DNA of 64,000 nt. It comes from a virus. The stretch lies in IMG/VR virus record IMGVR_UViG_3300037420_000246, positions 3,642-67,641 of that record. One strand, written 5' to 3'. The notes beneath the pieces were generated by a model. The model was given only the letters and a program-made list of their open reading frames with translations. It searched no databases and was not told the origin of the DNA. The translations under genes were made by a program, and so were the position numbers. Shown piece after piece: positions 34,848-44,189 of this stretch. The first letter of the stretch is position 1. The number at the start of each line of letters is the position of its first letter.

Positions 34848-36506
34848 CTAAAACGTAGGAGCTTCGTTATCTACAAGAACAACTTCCCCGGTTTCATCGT
34901 CAATATAGAATTCATCGCAGATGCCCAAATAGCCATGTGCCCGGTTTTTCATAACAGTTAGCCTCACATTACCACGGCTCTTGTCAGGGCGAATTTGAGG
35001 CTCAAGTCCAAGCACAGTCCAAGCAAGCTGCTCAAGACAAGAAGAACTGCGAAGTGCCTCCTTAGTAATAGGAACCCAAAAAGGTTCTGATTCCTTACCT
35101 TTGGGCGGTTTGAAGCCTTCTGCGATAGAGCGGTTAAGATGCGACACGAGAATTACACAAACATCACTAGCAGCGCAGAATGCCGCTAACTTGGTCATCA
35201 CCATATCCAGTTCACGGCGCTCATCTGTAATTCCTGCATCCCCAAGAATCATGCCGATGTGATCCAGCAGTAGGTACTTGACTTTGTTGGCGTGAACAAA
35301 ACTCTTAATTTTGTTCATGAGTGTGTCAAGTGGCATAGAGCCGAAATGGTCGAGCAAAAACACTTCTCGCTCTTTCGTCACCCAGTTATATGCATCTTGA
35401 ATCTCTTCTTGGGAGGCGCAGGCCAGCGGGTTCTCTTTGAAACGGTTGTAGTTCACCTTCAGCCTCATTGACATAAGCCGTTGGATAGACTCTTTAGCTG
35501 TTTCTTCCAACATCATCATTCCGATTCGTTCGCCAGCTTCAAGGAATCTATACATAAAATGGCTTGTGACGAGGCTTTTTCCAACATTCGAAGGCGCAGT
35601 GAATACAACAAGCTCCCTTGGTCGGAAGCCGTGTAGTTTGTGATCTAGCTTAGGGAAAACTCCGGTATATACGCCCTCTACTCGTGGTGCCAGAATTTCG
35701 TCTAGTTCAATACTACTTGCCGTAATGATCTTCTCAGCAGTGTAAGGCTTTTTACCAAACTGCACCAGTTTTGCCAACTCATCCGATTTTCCGGCTTGGA
35801 GCATGTCGGACGCATCTTTGAATCCGTCTGGATAATCAACCACTGTCAATTCCATATCGGACAGCACAGCGGCTACATCCTCTCGTGCCTCAAGTCCGCG
35901 CTTAATTTTCTTAAGACGCTCTACAGGTGTAGCACAATCTGAATCAAATGCGATACAGCAGGCTTCAAATGATCGAATAAACGCCTCATTGTGAATTGTG
36001 GCTTCTTGTGCGTTAGCTGTGCCCATTGGGACACTGACGACGAACGGCTCCAAGTCTTCAAACTTAGTCCCTTTAACTTGGTCCCGCATGGCTTGGTAGA
36101 GACTTAAACAGTCCAATTCACCTTCCACATAAGTTAGTGAAGACCTTTTACGTTTAATTCCTTCTGCAACATCTTGACCAAACAATTTATTTGTGATCTG
36201 GACTGATGCCACAACACTCCAATGACCCTTCTCCCCCTTGCTTTTACTAAGGTCCATCTTTTTGAAGCCGCGAACGACTCCTTTTTGGTCGTATGATGGG
36301 AAGTACAGAGCTTCAAGCGTGCGCCCGTCACGCTCAGATACAGCACCCCTAACACCGAATTTTTCGCACGTTTCTTTACGAATCTTCCGGTCTGGAATAT
36401 CCACAAACGGAAGTTCCAACACATCCTTCAAAGTTTCTTTCGGCACGAATTCAGTCATTTGTTTTGTCTGTCCTTTCCAATAACCCATCAACCCTCCCCA
36501 CACCAC
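34848..36506 (-). CDS. Bifunctional DNA primase (TOPRIM) / DnaB-like replicative helicase
   Basis: TOPRIM acidic motifs (YVEGELDCLSLYQ; IAFDSDCATP) N-terminal; Walker A APSNVGKS, Walker B LLLDHIG, VSHLNRS helicase motifs C-terminal. Confidence 0.8.
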   Translation of the reverse strand: MVWGGLMGYWKGQTKQMTEFVPKETLKDVLELPFVDIPDRKIRKETCEKFGVRGAVSERDGRTLEALYFPSYDQKGVVRGFKKMDLSKSKGEKGHWSVVASVQITNKLFGQDVAEGIKRKRSSLTYVEGELDCLSLYQAMRDQVKGTKFEDLEPFVVSVPMGTANAQEATIHNEAFIRSFEACCIAFDSDCATPVERLKKIKRGLEAREDVAAVLSDMELTVVDYPDGFKDASDMLQAGKSDELAKLVQFGKKPYTAEKIITASSIELDEILAPRVEGVYTGVFPKLDHKLHGFRPRELVVFTAPSNVGKSLVTSHFMYRFLEAGERIGMMMLEETAKESIQRLMSMRLKVNYNRFKENPLACASQEEIQDAYNWVTKEREVFLLDHFGSMPLDTLMNKIKSFVHANKVKYLLLDHIGMILGDAGITDERRELDMVMTKLAAFCAASDVCVILVSHLNRSIAEGFKPPKGKESEPFWVPITKEALRSSSCLEQLAWTVLGLEPQIRPDKSRGNVRLTVMKNRAHGYLGICDEFYIDDETGEVVLVDNEAPTF

Positions 36507-36658
36507 TCCAACACAGACTCGATCATATTAGCCTCAAATTTATCGAGCCATCGGATTACAACACCAGACCGAGTCAGGCACCAAACTTCAACATTAGAGT
36601 ATCCATACTGACGCTTCTCGTAACGTGCGTTATTATCGCCTTTAATCGGAATCTTCAT
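36488..36658 (-). CDS. Hypothetical small protein (56 aa)
   Basis: Short in-frame version of track ORF 36488..36784 starting at ATG 36658 (MKIPIKGDNN); overlaps both neighbours. Confidence 0.25.
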   Translation of the reverse strand: MKIPIKGDNNARYEKRQYGYSNVEVWCLTRSGVVIRWLDKFEANMIESVLEWCGEG

Positions 36659-36842
36659 TCGTCCCGTCCACAATTTTAGCTTCATGGCATAGCGCAGCAA
36701 GAAGCTCCAACACTTCCTGTGCAATATTTTCAGCGCCATAGCTGCAATCGAAATAAGCAAGCTCGTCAACGGAAAAACATCCACGCAACTGCTTTTCCTG
36801 AGTAACTAACACAGCACCTTTGTGTTTGCGAATTTTAATCAT
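36642..36842 (-). CDS. Hypothetical protein
   Basis: 66 aa; ATGA coupling with upstream gene. Confidence 0.45.
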   Translation of the reverse strand: MIKIRKHKGAVLVTQEKQLRGCFSVDELAYFDCSYGAENIAQEVLELLAALCHEAKIVDGTNEDSD

Positions 36843-37114
36843 ACACTCTCCAAAATCTTCCTATCAATTTCCTCAATCCTTTGCCGTGCCTCTCGCATAG
36901 CCTTTCGGTATGTGCTAAACAGCTTCTCCTTCCAAAACTTCTTCCCACACATATAAGGACCACTTTCTGTGCTGTAGTATACAGTGGTGTCGGTAACCTT
37001 CGTCACAAAGCATGTATAAACTGCTGCAACATGCCTGTCATCGTACCCTTCAATCTTTCCCGGCTCGTACACAACTGTCTTGTATTTAGTGTGCCCTTGC
37101 TTTACTTTGCTCAT
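36839..37114 (-). CDS. Hypothetical protein
   Basis: 91 aa ORF. Confidence 0.5.
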   Translation of the reverse strand: MSKVKQGHTKYKTVVYEPGKIEGYDDRHVAAVYTCFVTKVTDTTVYYSTESGPYMCGKKFWKEKLFSTYRKAMREARQRIEEIDRKILESV

Positions 37115-37305
37115 TCGTCCTCCTTAACTTCGTCCCACTTACCGTCACAGTGATAGTCGATACAGTCAAGCGCTTGTTCTACGCTAATGTATTCTTCAGG
37201 CGAGCAGTAATCTTCATCGTTACCAAAAGTCGCATAGAAAAACCTGCCTTTAGAATACACGCTGTTCCCGCTTGCTAGAATCTTTCGGGCGTCATCTCTT
37301 GTCAT
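37111..37305 (-). CDS. Hypothetical protein
   Basis: 64 aa ORF. Confidence 0.45.
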   Translation of the reverse strand: MTRDDARKILASGNSVYSKGRFFYATFGNDEDYCSPEEYISVEQALDCIDYHCDGKWDEVKEDE

Positions 37306-37315
37306 AATATCTCCT

Positions 37316-37519
37316 TCAGAAACACAAATATGCAGCCTTCACCTTGTCTTGCAGCTTATTCAGCTTCCGCAGCAAGTCCTTGTATGTTTCATAAAGCTGC
37401 GCATAATCCTCATACAGAACAAACTCGCCAGAAACACTTTCCACGGCTGCAACGGGAACGCTGTCAGGTGCATCGAAATCAAATCGCTTTACAGTCATTT
37501 CAATACCCATTAATGTCAA
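37316..37519 (-). CDS. Hypothetical protein
   Basis: 67 aa ORF. Confidence 0.45.
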   Translation of the reverse strand: MTLMGIEMTVKRFDFDAPDSVPVAAVESVSGEFVLYEDYAQLYETYKDLLRKLNKLQDKVKAAYLCF

Positions 37520-37753
37520 TTAATACCCATTCGGAAACCACTGCTTATACGTCCACTTGCGCAAATCCCAAAACATCCTATCATATGAAATGTCGCAATG
37601 ATAGCTGAGCCATGCTGATGAGTCTAAATCGAAATTGATTTTGTCAATCACTTGAATGCGCCGTCCCCGAATGTTGTACACAATTCTGTTACGAATTAAA
37701 AACGCAAGAAAAGTGACAATGCACAGACAAAGAATGTAATAAAGGGCGTGCAT
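37520..37753 (-). CDS. Small membrane protein (possible NfeD-like partner of SPFH protein)
   Basis: 77 aa; N-terminal TM YYILCLCIVTFLAFLI then beta-rich basic segment; directly downstream of SPFH gene. Confidence 0.45.
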   Translation of the reverse strand: MHALYYILCLCIVTFLAFLIRNRIVYNIRGRRIQVIDKINFDLDSSAWLSYHCDISYDRMFWDLRKWTYKQWFPNGY

Positions 37754-37762
37754 TTGTTCTCC

Positions 37763-38557
37763 TTAGTTTTTACCAACATTAACCATACCTTTGAAATCAT
37801 ACGGAATAACAACCGTCTGTACCTTACCTTCAGCAATACCTTCTGCAATTTTCATCTGTGCCTGAGCTTGCATATAGTTGATTGCGCCAGCATTCGCATT
37901 CAGAGCAGCAATGCGTTCCGCCTCCTTCTTGGCGGTCTGCACCTCCACCTCTTTTGCAGCGTACTCGCTCTTAGCCTGCACAAGACGATTAGCAGCATCC
38001 TTCACAGCATCCGATGGCTGAATACTTTTTACTTGCACTTGCGAGACAACAATCGCATTATCCAACTTCTCTTCTTTCAGCGTATCCTTCACTTGCAGCA
38101 TAATCTTCTGCTCGATTTCAGAGCGGCTGTCATTCATTTGCAGCGAAGGATACTCTCGTGCCACTTTATACACGGCATTGCGCACAGTGGTGTACAGATA
38201 GGAATGCATCAGGTAAGTAGTGCCGTCATCAGCAACAGTGTGGAAGCTATGACTCTTGTTCACGTACAGATCGCTAACACTTGCAGGATTGATGTTGTAG
38301 ACGAAGGTGACATCAAAATCCTTCATAGTGCTGTTGTCTGCTGCCAGAGGGGTGAGGTCAGACACTTCCGCTGCGATTTCCTTGACAGGAAACTTGATGA
38401 TGTCGCCTACAATGGTTTGGTTGAAGCTGCCCGGAAGACGCTCTTGTGCGTCAACAGTTTTGTCGAAATTGACACGCAGGCCCACTTCGCCAGTTGGTAC
38501 ACGAGAGCAAGCAGACAGGGACGCTACGATTGCTACAGCCAGAATAATTTTCTTCAT
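37763..38557 (-). CDS. SPFH/band-7 (stomatin/HflKC-like) domain lipoprotein
   Basis: Signal peptide with lipobox LSAC; SPFH-like core and C-terminal A/E/K coiled coil (VQAKSEYAAKEVEVQTAKKEAERIAALNA). Confidence 0.6.
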   Translation of the reverse strand: MKKIILAVAIVASLSACSRVPTGEVGLRVNFDKTVDAQERLPGSFNQTIVGDIIKFPVKEIAAEVSDLTPLAADNSTMKDFDVTFVYNINPASVSDLYVNKSHSFHTVADDGTTYLMHSYLYTTVRNAVYKVAREYPSLQMNDSRSEIEQKIMLQVKDTLKEEKLDNAIVVSQVQVKSIQPSDAVKDAANRLVQAKSEYAAKEVEVQTAKKEAERIAALNANAGAINYMQAQAQMKIAEGIAEGKVQTVVIPYDFKGMVNVGKN

Positions 38558-38625
38558 GTGTTCTCCTTAAAATTGTTAGGCTTCTCGCTAAGAAAAGCCA
38601 TTCTACATCACTTATAAGATTGTTG

Positions 38626-39279
38626 TCAAGTCACTTTGAATGTCTTGTTGATCTGCTCTGCAATCAGTCGTGCAAGAACAACGTGCTCAAGCTGCGTTAC
38701 ACCTTCCTCAAGCCTCACTTCTAAATAGTGAATCCACGAACGAATAGTTCCATTGACGTACAAGCGGCTCATCGTAAGACCTTCTGGCAGAATGACGCGA
38801 GCAACCTCTTTAGCAATACCGCGATCAAGAGCACGCTTGTACGTATCTTGTACAATTGCCAGCAACATTTTCTGTTCACTCTCCCACCAATCTTTCAACA
38901 ACTCATCGTCCGTTGCCAAACTGTTTTGCCGGTTCTTGGTGTCTTGCATTCGCAACTCTCGTAGACAGAAAGCTTGTTCTAGCTGAGTCACATCAGCGTA
39001 GCGCTGGCTAAACTCTTGAAACTTGAAGCTGCCATGCCGCAACAGTTGCCTTGCAATATCTCGCGGAGACTCCACCTCTACAACACAGTTTGCCATCTCG
39101 AACGGACTCCAGTGCTTATGCTTCTTGAGATAGTTAAGAAGCTTATCCGCCGTGTTCGTGTTCATCTGATTAGCGGGGTTGCTAACACGAGCACAATACG
39201 CGATAAGTTCTTGTGCATCCTTCATGCCAGTTTCTTCCACTGGTTGCGTAACAGCAATCAAACGTGCTTTAAAAGTCAA
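38626..39279 (-). CDS. thyX: Flavin-dependent thymidylate synthase ThyX
   Basis: ThyX signature RHGSFKFQEFSQRY (RHRx7SxRY). Confidence 0.85.
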   Translation of the reverse strand: MTFKARLIAVTQPVEETGMKDAQELIAYCARVSNPANQMNTNTADKLLNYLKKHKHWSPFEMANCVVEVESPRDIARQLLRHGSFKFQEFSQRYADVTQLEQAFCLRELRMQDTKNRQNSLATDDELLKDWWESEQKMLLAIVQDTYKRALDRGIAKEVARVILPEGLTMSRLYVNGTIRSWIHYLEVRLEEGVTQLEHVVLARLIAEQINKTFKVT

Positions 39280-39596
39280 TTCTTATCCTTTCGAAAGAAT
39301 ACATGCTCAATCAAATCCTGCACCACTTCATTACCCTTTTTCGTATCCACCTGTGCAAGACCATAACGCTCTCCAGACTCTTTGTCGCAGTCAAACACGC
39401 CTTGAATAGCGCCCATCTCTACAAGAGCTTCGTAGATGTCATACTCCCAACAACTGTCGCCAAAAGGACGCTTGCCCGAAAAGCCTTCCCCTTCCAGCCA
39501 CAACGTCTCCAGCAGACGGAAGAAATATTCTCTCAGGTTACATGCATCCACACCCCGAAATTTGTATTCGTACTTAAGAATTTCATCAAAAGTCAT
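39276..39596 (-). CDS. Hypothetical protein
   Basis: 106 aa ORF. Confidence 0.5.
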   Translation of the reverse strand: MTFDEILKYEYKFRGVDACNLREYFFRLLETLWLEGEGFSGKRPFGDSCWEYDIYEALVEMGAIQGVFDCDKESGERYGLAQVDTKKGNEVVQDLIEHVFFRKDKN

Positions 39597-39784
39597 GCCA
39601 CTTCCTCCTTCACAACAATCTTAACCTCATTCCCACCTTCAAACCTGAAGTGGTATTCCACATACCCCCAATACGGCATTCTCGTCGTATATCCCAACAC
39701 ATGAAGCTTCTGCCCATAAAACTCAACAGGCTTCACACACAAGAATGCTTCGTGTAGAGCTTTTATGTGTTCTAGTTTATTCAT
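39593..39784 (-). CDS. Hypothetical protein
   Basis: 63 aa ORF. Confidence 0.45.
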   Translation of the reverse strand: MNKLEHIKALHEAFLCVKPVEFYGQKLHVLGYTTRMPYWGYVEYHFRFEGGNEVKIVVKEEVA

Positions 39785-39975
39785 CGCTCACGCTCCACAA
39801 TCTTGACACAATTTTTAATGGTTTTCTTCTTAGTGAAATAGCCTTCATTGACCTCAAGAAGGAACACAATACCCAACACAGCATAAAACTTCCAACTGTG
39901 CCAATCGATGCCAACGGAGTCAAGAATAGCGCCAAGGAAGGCGTACCCGACACAACCAATAAGAAACTTAATCAA
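39781..39975 (-). CDS. Small membrane protein
   Basis: 64 aa; two hydrophobic segments. Confidence 0.45.
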   Translation of the reverse strand: MIKFLIGCVGYAFLGAILDSVGIDWHSWKFYAVLGIVFLLEVNEGYFTKKKTIKNCVKIVERER

Positions 39976-40229
39976 TTCAACCCTCCGTGTGACTCCATTA
40001 CTTTCCGTGGAAGCAGCCCAAATATCCTCTCTGCCTCGTTGATGGCGTCTTCCATATCTGTGAAATACTGGATAAATTCTGCCGGGTTACTGTTCTCCCG
40101 CAGTTCAACATGGTTGTCGTGTAGCTCAATCAACCACGCAGGGTCTTCGTCATCGGTCACTGGAGGGTACAAAAATACTACACCATCTTCATTCACACCA
40201 TAGTACAGTAGTTTTCCATTCTTGTTCAT
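39972..40229 (-). CDS. Hypothetical acidic protein
   Basis: 85 aa ORF. Confidence 0.45.
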   Translation of the reverse strand: MNKNGKLLYYGVNEDGVVFLYPPVTDDEDPAWLIELHDNHVELRENSNPAEFIQYFTDMEDAINEAERIFGLLPRKVMESHGGLN

Positions 40230-40402
40230 TATGCCTCCACCAAATATTGAATATCTGTGTGGTTGTACGTATGATTCTCGTCGGGATTATCCTCGAATTC
40301 TGCCCGTACACCATCTTCTGTAACAGACACAATCACGCCCTCAAGACCCGGCTCAATTACGTCAAACACTTTCATTCCTACTTTTGCATCGATCAAATTC
40401 AC
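40229..40402 (-). CDS. Hypothetical small protein (57 aa from GTG; 48 aa from ATG 40375)
   Basis: Not in track; SD AAGGAGA 6 nt before GTG 40402; stop overlaps downstream ATG (ATAATG). Confidence 0.3.
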   Translation of the reverse strand: MNLIDAKVGMKVFDVIEPGLEGVIVSVTEDGVRAEFEDNPDENHTYNHTDIQYLVEA

Positions 40403-40413
40403 GCTTGTTCTCC

Positions 40414-41448
40414 TTAACGTTTATTCGTCTCAATCTTGCCAACATCAACACAACCAGTCCCTCCACAAGCAGAGCATTCCTGCACAGGACGATTGATTTC
40501 CTCCATCAACTCTTCCAGATAGTTCTTAATTTGCACTGCCATCTCTTTCAGGTTGTTGGCCTGCCATCCTGCAATCGGCGTGTAGCCCTTGTAATTGTTT
40601 GGTGAATACGTCATCTCAAACAAATCCACTTCCTTGTGCTCTACAGATTGGGTAACAAACTTAGGTCGGCCGCGAGGAGTGTTCTTAACAGTCTTCTGCA
40701 CATTGTAAGGCTTAATAGCAATCTTACGCTTTACAGTGAAACAGAAATCATAGTCTGATGTGATTCGAGCGTATTTCCCATCGATGTGTGTGCGGACATA
40801 ATCACGAACAATCTTATACACCTGCTCTGAGGACAGCGAGCATGGACGCTCATGCAGCAAGAATTCTGGCGTCAGCATCTTCTCGATGTCACTGTAGCGG
40901 ACAATGCTGGACAACTCGTATTCCCCTGTACGACTGCTCCAACCAGAGCTTTCAAGCATGCTCACTTTCATCTCAATAGGGTTTTCCACCTTATCAATCT
41001 GAAGATGCTGAATAACGTTCACGCTAAACTCAATAGGCTCCCACGAGTCAGGAAGGGTTTCTGTAACAGGCTTATACAGAGCACGGTACTCGTTAAAGTG
41101 TTTCCATGCTGTGTCGTCCAGATCATCATTCCAATACTGCTCCACTTGCTCAATCGACAGATTCAGAGGAATTTCCTCGTTTGCCAGAGTAGGAAGCTTG
41201 AGGGTGAAGCCAATAGTTTGCGTGCTGCCTCGCTTCAAATCTTCAATGCTCGTGATTTCATCAACACCTTGCAAGAACACCCACTTTGGAAAGAAAGTTG
41301 GTTGTGCAATATCACTCAAAAGTTTTCCGTTCACCTTCCAACGATCCAAGCTGCCTACGGCACTGGTAAAGCCGGATGTGTAGCCATAGCTGCCACTCTC
41401 AGCAATGTACATGCCAAGATTGGTTTTGTATGCCATTAGGTTCTTCAT
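40414..41448 (-). CDS. Hypothetical protein with C-terminal CxxCGGTGC motif
   Basis: Start at ATG 41448 with SD GGAGG (track start 41469 lies inside upstream gene); about 344 aa. Confidence 0.5.
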   Translation of the reverse strand: MKNLMAYKTNLGMYIAESGSYGYTSGFTSAVGSLDRWKVNGKLLSDIAQPTFFPKWVFLQGVDEITSIEDLKRGSTQTIGFTLKLPTLANEEIPLNLSIEQVEQYWNDDLDDTAWKHFNEYRALYKPVTETLPDSWEPIEFSVNVIQHLQIDKVENPIEMKVSMLESSGWSSRTGEYELSSIVRYSDIEKMLTPEFLLHERPCSLSSEQVYKIVRDYVRTHIDGKYARITSDYDFCFTVKRKIAIKPYNVQKTVKNTPRGRPKFVTQSVEHKEVDLFEMTYSPNNYKGYTPIAGWQANNLKEMAVQIKNYLEELMEEINRPVQECSACGGTGCVDVGKIETNKR

Positions 41449-41726
41449 TTGTCCTCCGCACTCACCCATCGAACGACAGTGATGGTCTCTAGCTTAGGAG
41501 TCACTTTCCGCACCTCTGGTTCGTACCACTCGCTATCACTCCAATATCCGCTGTTCGAACGGGTAAAGTCCACAGCAAAGTGCTCTTCACCAACAGCGTA
41601 AATGTCAGTTTTGTATTGCATCTTGTGTTCGGTTTCCCAATCCCCTGCTTCTACGACAGTGCAACCGTCGCCACCCACTTCTGAGTGTCCAAGTACATAA
41701 AGATGCCTGAATTCTGATACATTCAT
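41445..41726 (-). CDS. Hypothetical protein
   Basis: 93 aa ORF, ATGA coupling. Confidence 0.5.
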   Translation of the reverse strand: MNVSEFRHLYVLGHSEVGGDGCTVVEAGDWETEHKMQYKTDIYAVGEEHFAVDFTRSNSGYWSDSEWYEPEVRKVTPKLETITVVRWVSAEDK

Positions 41727-41947
41727 TTGTTCAACCCCTCTAGTGTAAAATAAACTTCAGTTAAGTCCACCAACACATAATCCGCACAATCTTCCAGCGG
41801 CTCTCCAACATGCAGATTGAAAGCGCTCTTGGCAGGGCCGCTACCATTCCATGCAGCCTTTGCACCAAATGAGATAAACTGGTTAGTGGGGCTGTGCAGG
41901 ATGCCATAGATGTGTTTTGCTGGCTGTGCTCTATAAAAACGTGGCAC
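41723..41947 (-). CDS. Hypothetical protein
   Basis: 74 aa ORF. Confidence 0.45.
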   Translation of the reverse strand: MPRFYRAQPAKHIYGILHSPTNQFISFGAKAAWNGSGPAKSAFNLHVGEPLEDCADYVLVDLTEVYFTLEGLNK

Positions 41948-42228
41948 TATTCTTTATCCTCTGGCAGATAGTCTAGAGGATTGTAGCCAGTGCTCCAATT
42001 TTCGCCCAAGATGCTCTCAAACATTGTGATGAATTCCTGATTGTCAGTTTTAAGTTCAATGTCGCCTTCATCAAGCGTCCCAAACACCTCGGAGTGCTTA
42101 CCAAGGATTTCTCCAAAATAAACACTCTTCCCAATTGCTTTAGCAACTTCTTCACTGTCAGCAATAAACGTACCCGACACTTCGCCCATCCGACCACAAT
42201 CCCAAAAGAATGAATATAAACCTTTCAT
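41947..42228 (-). CDS. Hypothetical protein
   Basis: 93 aa ORF. Confidence 0.5.
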   Translation of the reverse strand: MKGLYSFFWDCGRMGEVSGTFIADSEEVAKAIGKSVYFGEILGKHSEVFGTLDEGDIELKTDNQEFITMFESILGENWSTGYNPLDYLPEDKE

Positions 42229-42237
42229 GTTTTATCC

Positions 42238-42591
42238 TTAGCTAATACGCACAGTATGAATAATTTCTGCTGGATGATTAGGGAACATTTTGTTCCATTT
42301 CTCAATAGCATCAGCCACATTTTCAGCAAAACGTTCAGTGTCTCGCGGATTCAGCTTAAACCCAATGTAATACGGATCGCCGTGGTACAAATCGAGACAC
42401 TCACAAGTGGGCCAATCCTTCTTGCTGTACAAAAACTCTGAAATCCCTTCATCATCAATGTAAGCTTCATCCTCGTCAGACAACGTTAGATATTCCCTTA
42501 CAAACTGCTCGACATCGTATTTTTCGTCAAACTCACGACCAACTGCCAACACTGCACTGTATGATACGCCCATGTTCTCTCTCCTTAACAA
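42238..42591 (-). CDS. Hypothetical acidic protein
   Basis: 117 aa ORF. Confidence 0.5.
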   Translation of the reverse strand: MLRRENMGVSYSAVLAVGREFDEKYDVEQFVREYLTLSDEDEAYIDDEGISEFLYSKKDWPTCECLDLYHGDPYYIGFKLNPRDTERFAENVADAIEKWNKMFPNHPAEIIHTVRIS

Positions 42592-42983
42592 TAGTAAATT
42601 TGATTACCTACACGTTTCCCCTTCTTGCCTCTCGCCCACCAAGGCTTAATCCTCCTGTGGTGAAAGAATTCCGTGCAGTCTTCTACAACAGCAGGCAGTG
42701 TAGCAGCGATCTTATACTTCTGCAAGAACTTTGTAGGTAGCTTCGTAGAAATCTTACCGCGCTTGTACCAGCTAAACTGATTGTGTTCCCTGATTGTCTC
42801 GCACACTGTCAGCCCACGCTTCCTTGCCCTGTTCTTGATGGTTTGCAGTGTTGCTGCTACACCGCGTACAGACTCACCGCTTGCCTCCCTAAACACACTG
42901 TACTGAAGGCAGGCTTCATCACTCACAGACGCCTTCACATGGCTCACAGAGGCAAGCAAGATGGCTGCTAGGGCGAGCCTCAA
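42585..42983 (-). CDS. Secreted SleB-like cell wall hydrolase (Hydrolase_2-like)
   Basis: TTG start; signal peptide MRLALAAILLASVSHVKA; VFREASGESVRGVAATLQTIKNRARKRGLTVCETIREHNQFSWYKRG resembles the SleB/CwlJ EARGE...NR...QFS motif. Confidence 0.5.
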   Translation of the reverse strand: MRLALAAILLASVSHVKASVSDEACLQYSVFREASGESVRGVAATLQTIKNRARKRGLTVCETIREHNQFSWYKRGKISTKLPTKFLQKYKIAATLPAVVEDCTEFFHHRRIKPWWARGKKGKRVGNQIYYC

Positions 42984-42986
42984 CGT

Positions 42987-43118
42987 TCAATCTCGTACAT
43001 TGTCGTCCCTATTTGTAGGTTTTAGTAAATTAAATCCAAGCTCTTCCAGAATTCTTTCGTCAACTTCTGGTCGTGTTTGGTCGTTATCGTGGCAAGGTTC
43101 GGGAGGGCGTTCAATCAT
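42987..43118 (-). CDS. Hypothetical small protein (43 aa)
   Basis: Not in track; ATG overlaps upstream stop; MIERPPEPCHDNDQ... Confidence 0.25.
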   Translation of the reverse strand: MIERPPEPCHDNDQTRPEVDERILEELGFNLLKPTNRDDNVRD

Positions 43119-43581
43119 CTTTCACCCCTTCATCCAAACCCTTTTCAGCATACTGCTTCACTTTCTCTTCCACATACTCCATCTGGACATTCAGATCATC
43201 AAAGAATAGATAGAGGAGCTTACCACACTCGTTATACCAAGTAGCAGTGATAATCTTTGATACCTCAGACTCGTTACTCACGCCCAATAACTTCTGGTGT
43301 GCCTTCGCTTCACAAGCTTCAGAAAATTTTTGAAGCTGAGTGAGGACATCTTGTTTCGTTGGCGTCTTGCGTTCTGTGTAAGCCTCTGCCAGTAAGCGCT
43401 TTAATCGCTCCACTTCTTTAGGAAGTGATTTCTCTAGTTGCTCTGTGTGGTATTTCTTTGCCCACCCATTATCTAAAGGTTTTAGACGCTCCGCTTTTTT
43501 CAATTCTTCCTTGTGGTAATCAGCAGTGCTGAACGATGGCGTTTTCTGCTTCAGGTTCTTGAACCACGCTGCAAGACTCAT
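43111..43581 (-). CDS. Hypothetical protein
   Basis: 156 aa, helical K/E-rich. Confidence 0.5.
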   Translation of the reverse strand: MSLAAWFKNLKQKTPSFSTADYHKEELKKAERLKPLDNGWAKKYHTEQLEKSLPKEVERLKRLLAEAYTERKTPTKQDVLTQLQKFSEACEAKAHQKLLGVSNESEVSKIITATWYNECGKLLYLFFDDLNVQMEYVEEKVKQYAEKGLDEGVKDD

Positions 43582-43790
43582 TCCATCTCCTCAATCTCAC
43601 ACTTAAGACGAATACCATTGGCAGATAGCGTCTTAAGTAGTTCAGAATATCGTTCGAAAACAATCATAGGATTACCTCCTACAGTGATGATGTTCTCCAC
43701 CAAAGTTTTGAGATTATCTGCGTACAGATCAATTACTTTGTTCATTTCAGATTTCATACAATTCCTCCGCAAGCTTCTTGATTTCCTCAT
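43578..43790 (-). CDS. Hypothetical protein
   Basis: 70 aa ORF. Confidence 0.45.
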   Translation of the reverse strand: MRKSRSLRRNCMKSEMNKVIDLYADNLKTLVENIITVGGNPMIVFERYSELLKTLSANGIRLKCEIEEME

Positions 43791-44058
43791 TAGGCAAAGG
43801 CTTCAGCAAATTCTTCATAGTGGTGTTGCACCATGCGTCTACGTCAGGAGGGTACCTTTTAAGTCGCAAACATTCATGCCTTGGTTTAAATGGCCTTCCT
43901 TCGTGTGTAAGATCACACGAATATCCTTCCCACCTCCCCACATCTGGTGCGTACCACTCGGTAAGTGGTTCTGTGATGGTCAGTTCAACTCCCCGGAGCT
44001 TGGGGAAGCGAGTCTCTACGATTACGCAGACGCTACCAACAGGATACTGCTGCTTCAT
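43747..44058 (-). CDS. Hypothetical protein (first gene of leftward operon)
   Basis: 103 aa; perfect SD CAAGGAGGAATG; downstream of minus-strand promoter. Confidence 0.55.
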   Translation of the reverse strand: MKQQYPVGSVCVIVETRFPKLRGVELTITEPLTEWYAPDVGRWEGYSCDLTHEGRPFKPRHECLRLKRYPPDVDAWCNTTMKNLLKPLPNEEIKKLAEELYEI

Positions 44059-44091
44059 AACATTCCTCCTTGTGTTGTAAGTTGATGTCGC

Positions 44092-44121
44092 ATTCTAGAA
44101 CACTTCTCTGAGCCCTGTCAA
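44092..44121 (-). promoter_or_regulatory. Sigma70-like promoter for leftward operon: -35 TTGACA, 18-nt spacer, -10 TAGAAT
   Basis: Plus-strand ATTCTA at 44092-44097 and TGTCAA at 44116-44121, about 35 nt upstream of the first minus-strand gene. Confidence 0.5.
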
Positions 44122-44189
44122 GCCCCTTGTTGTGTTCACTCTACAACTATGTTCACGTAACATGAACAACATTCTTACGCGAACAGCAC

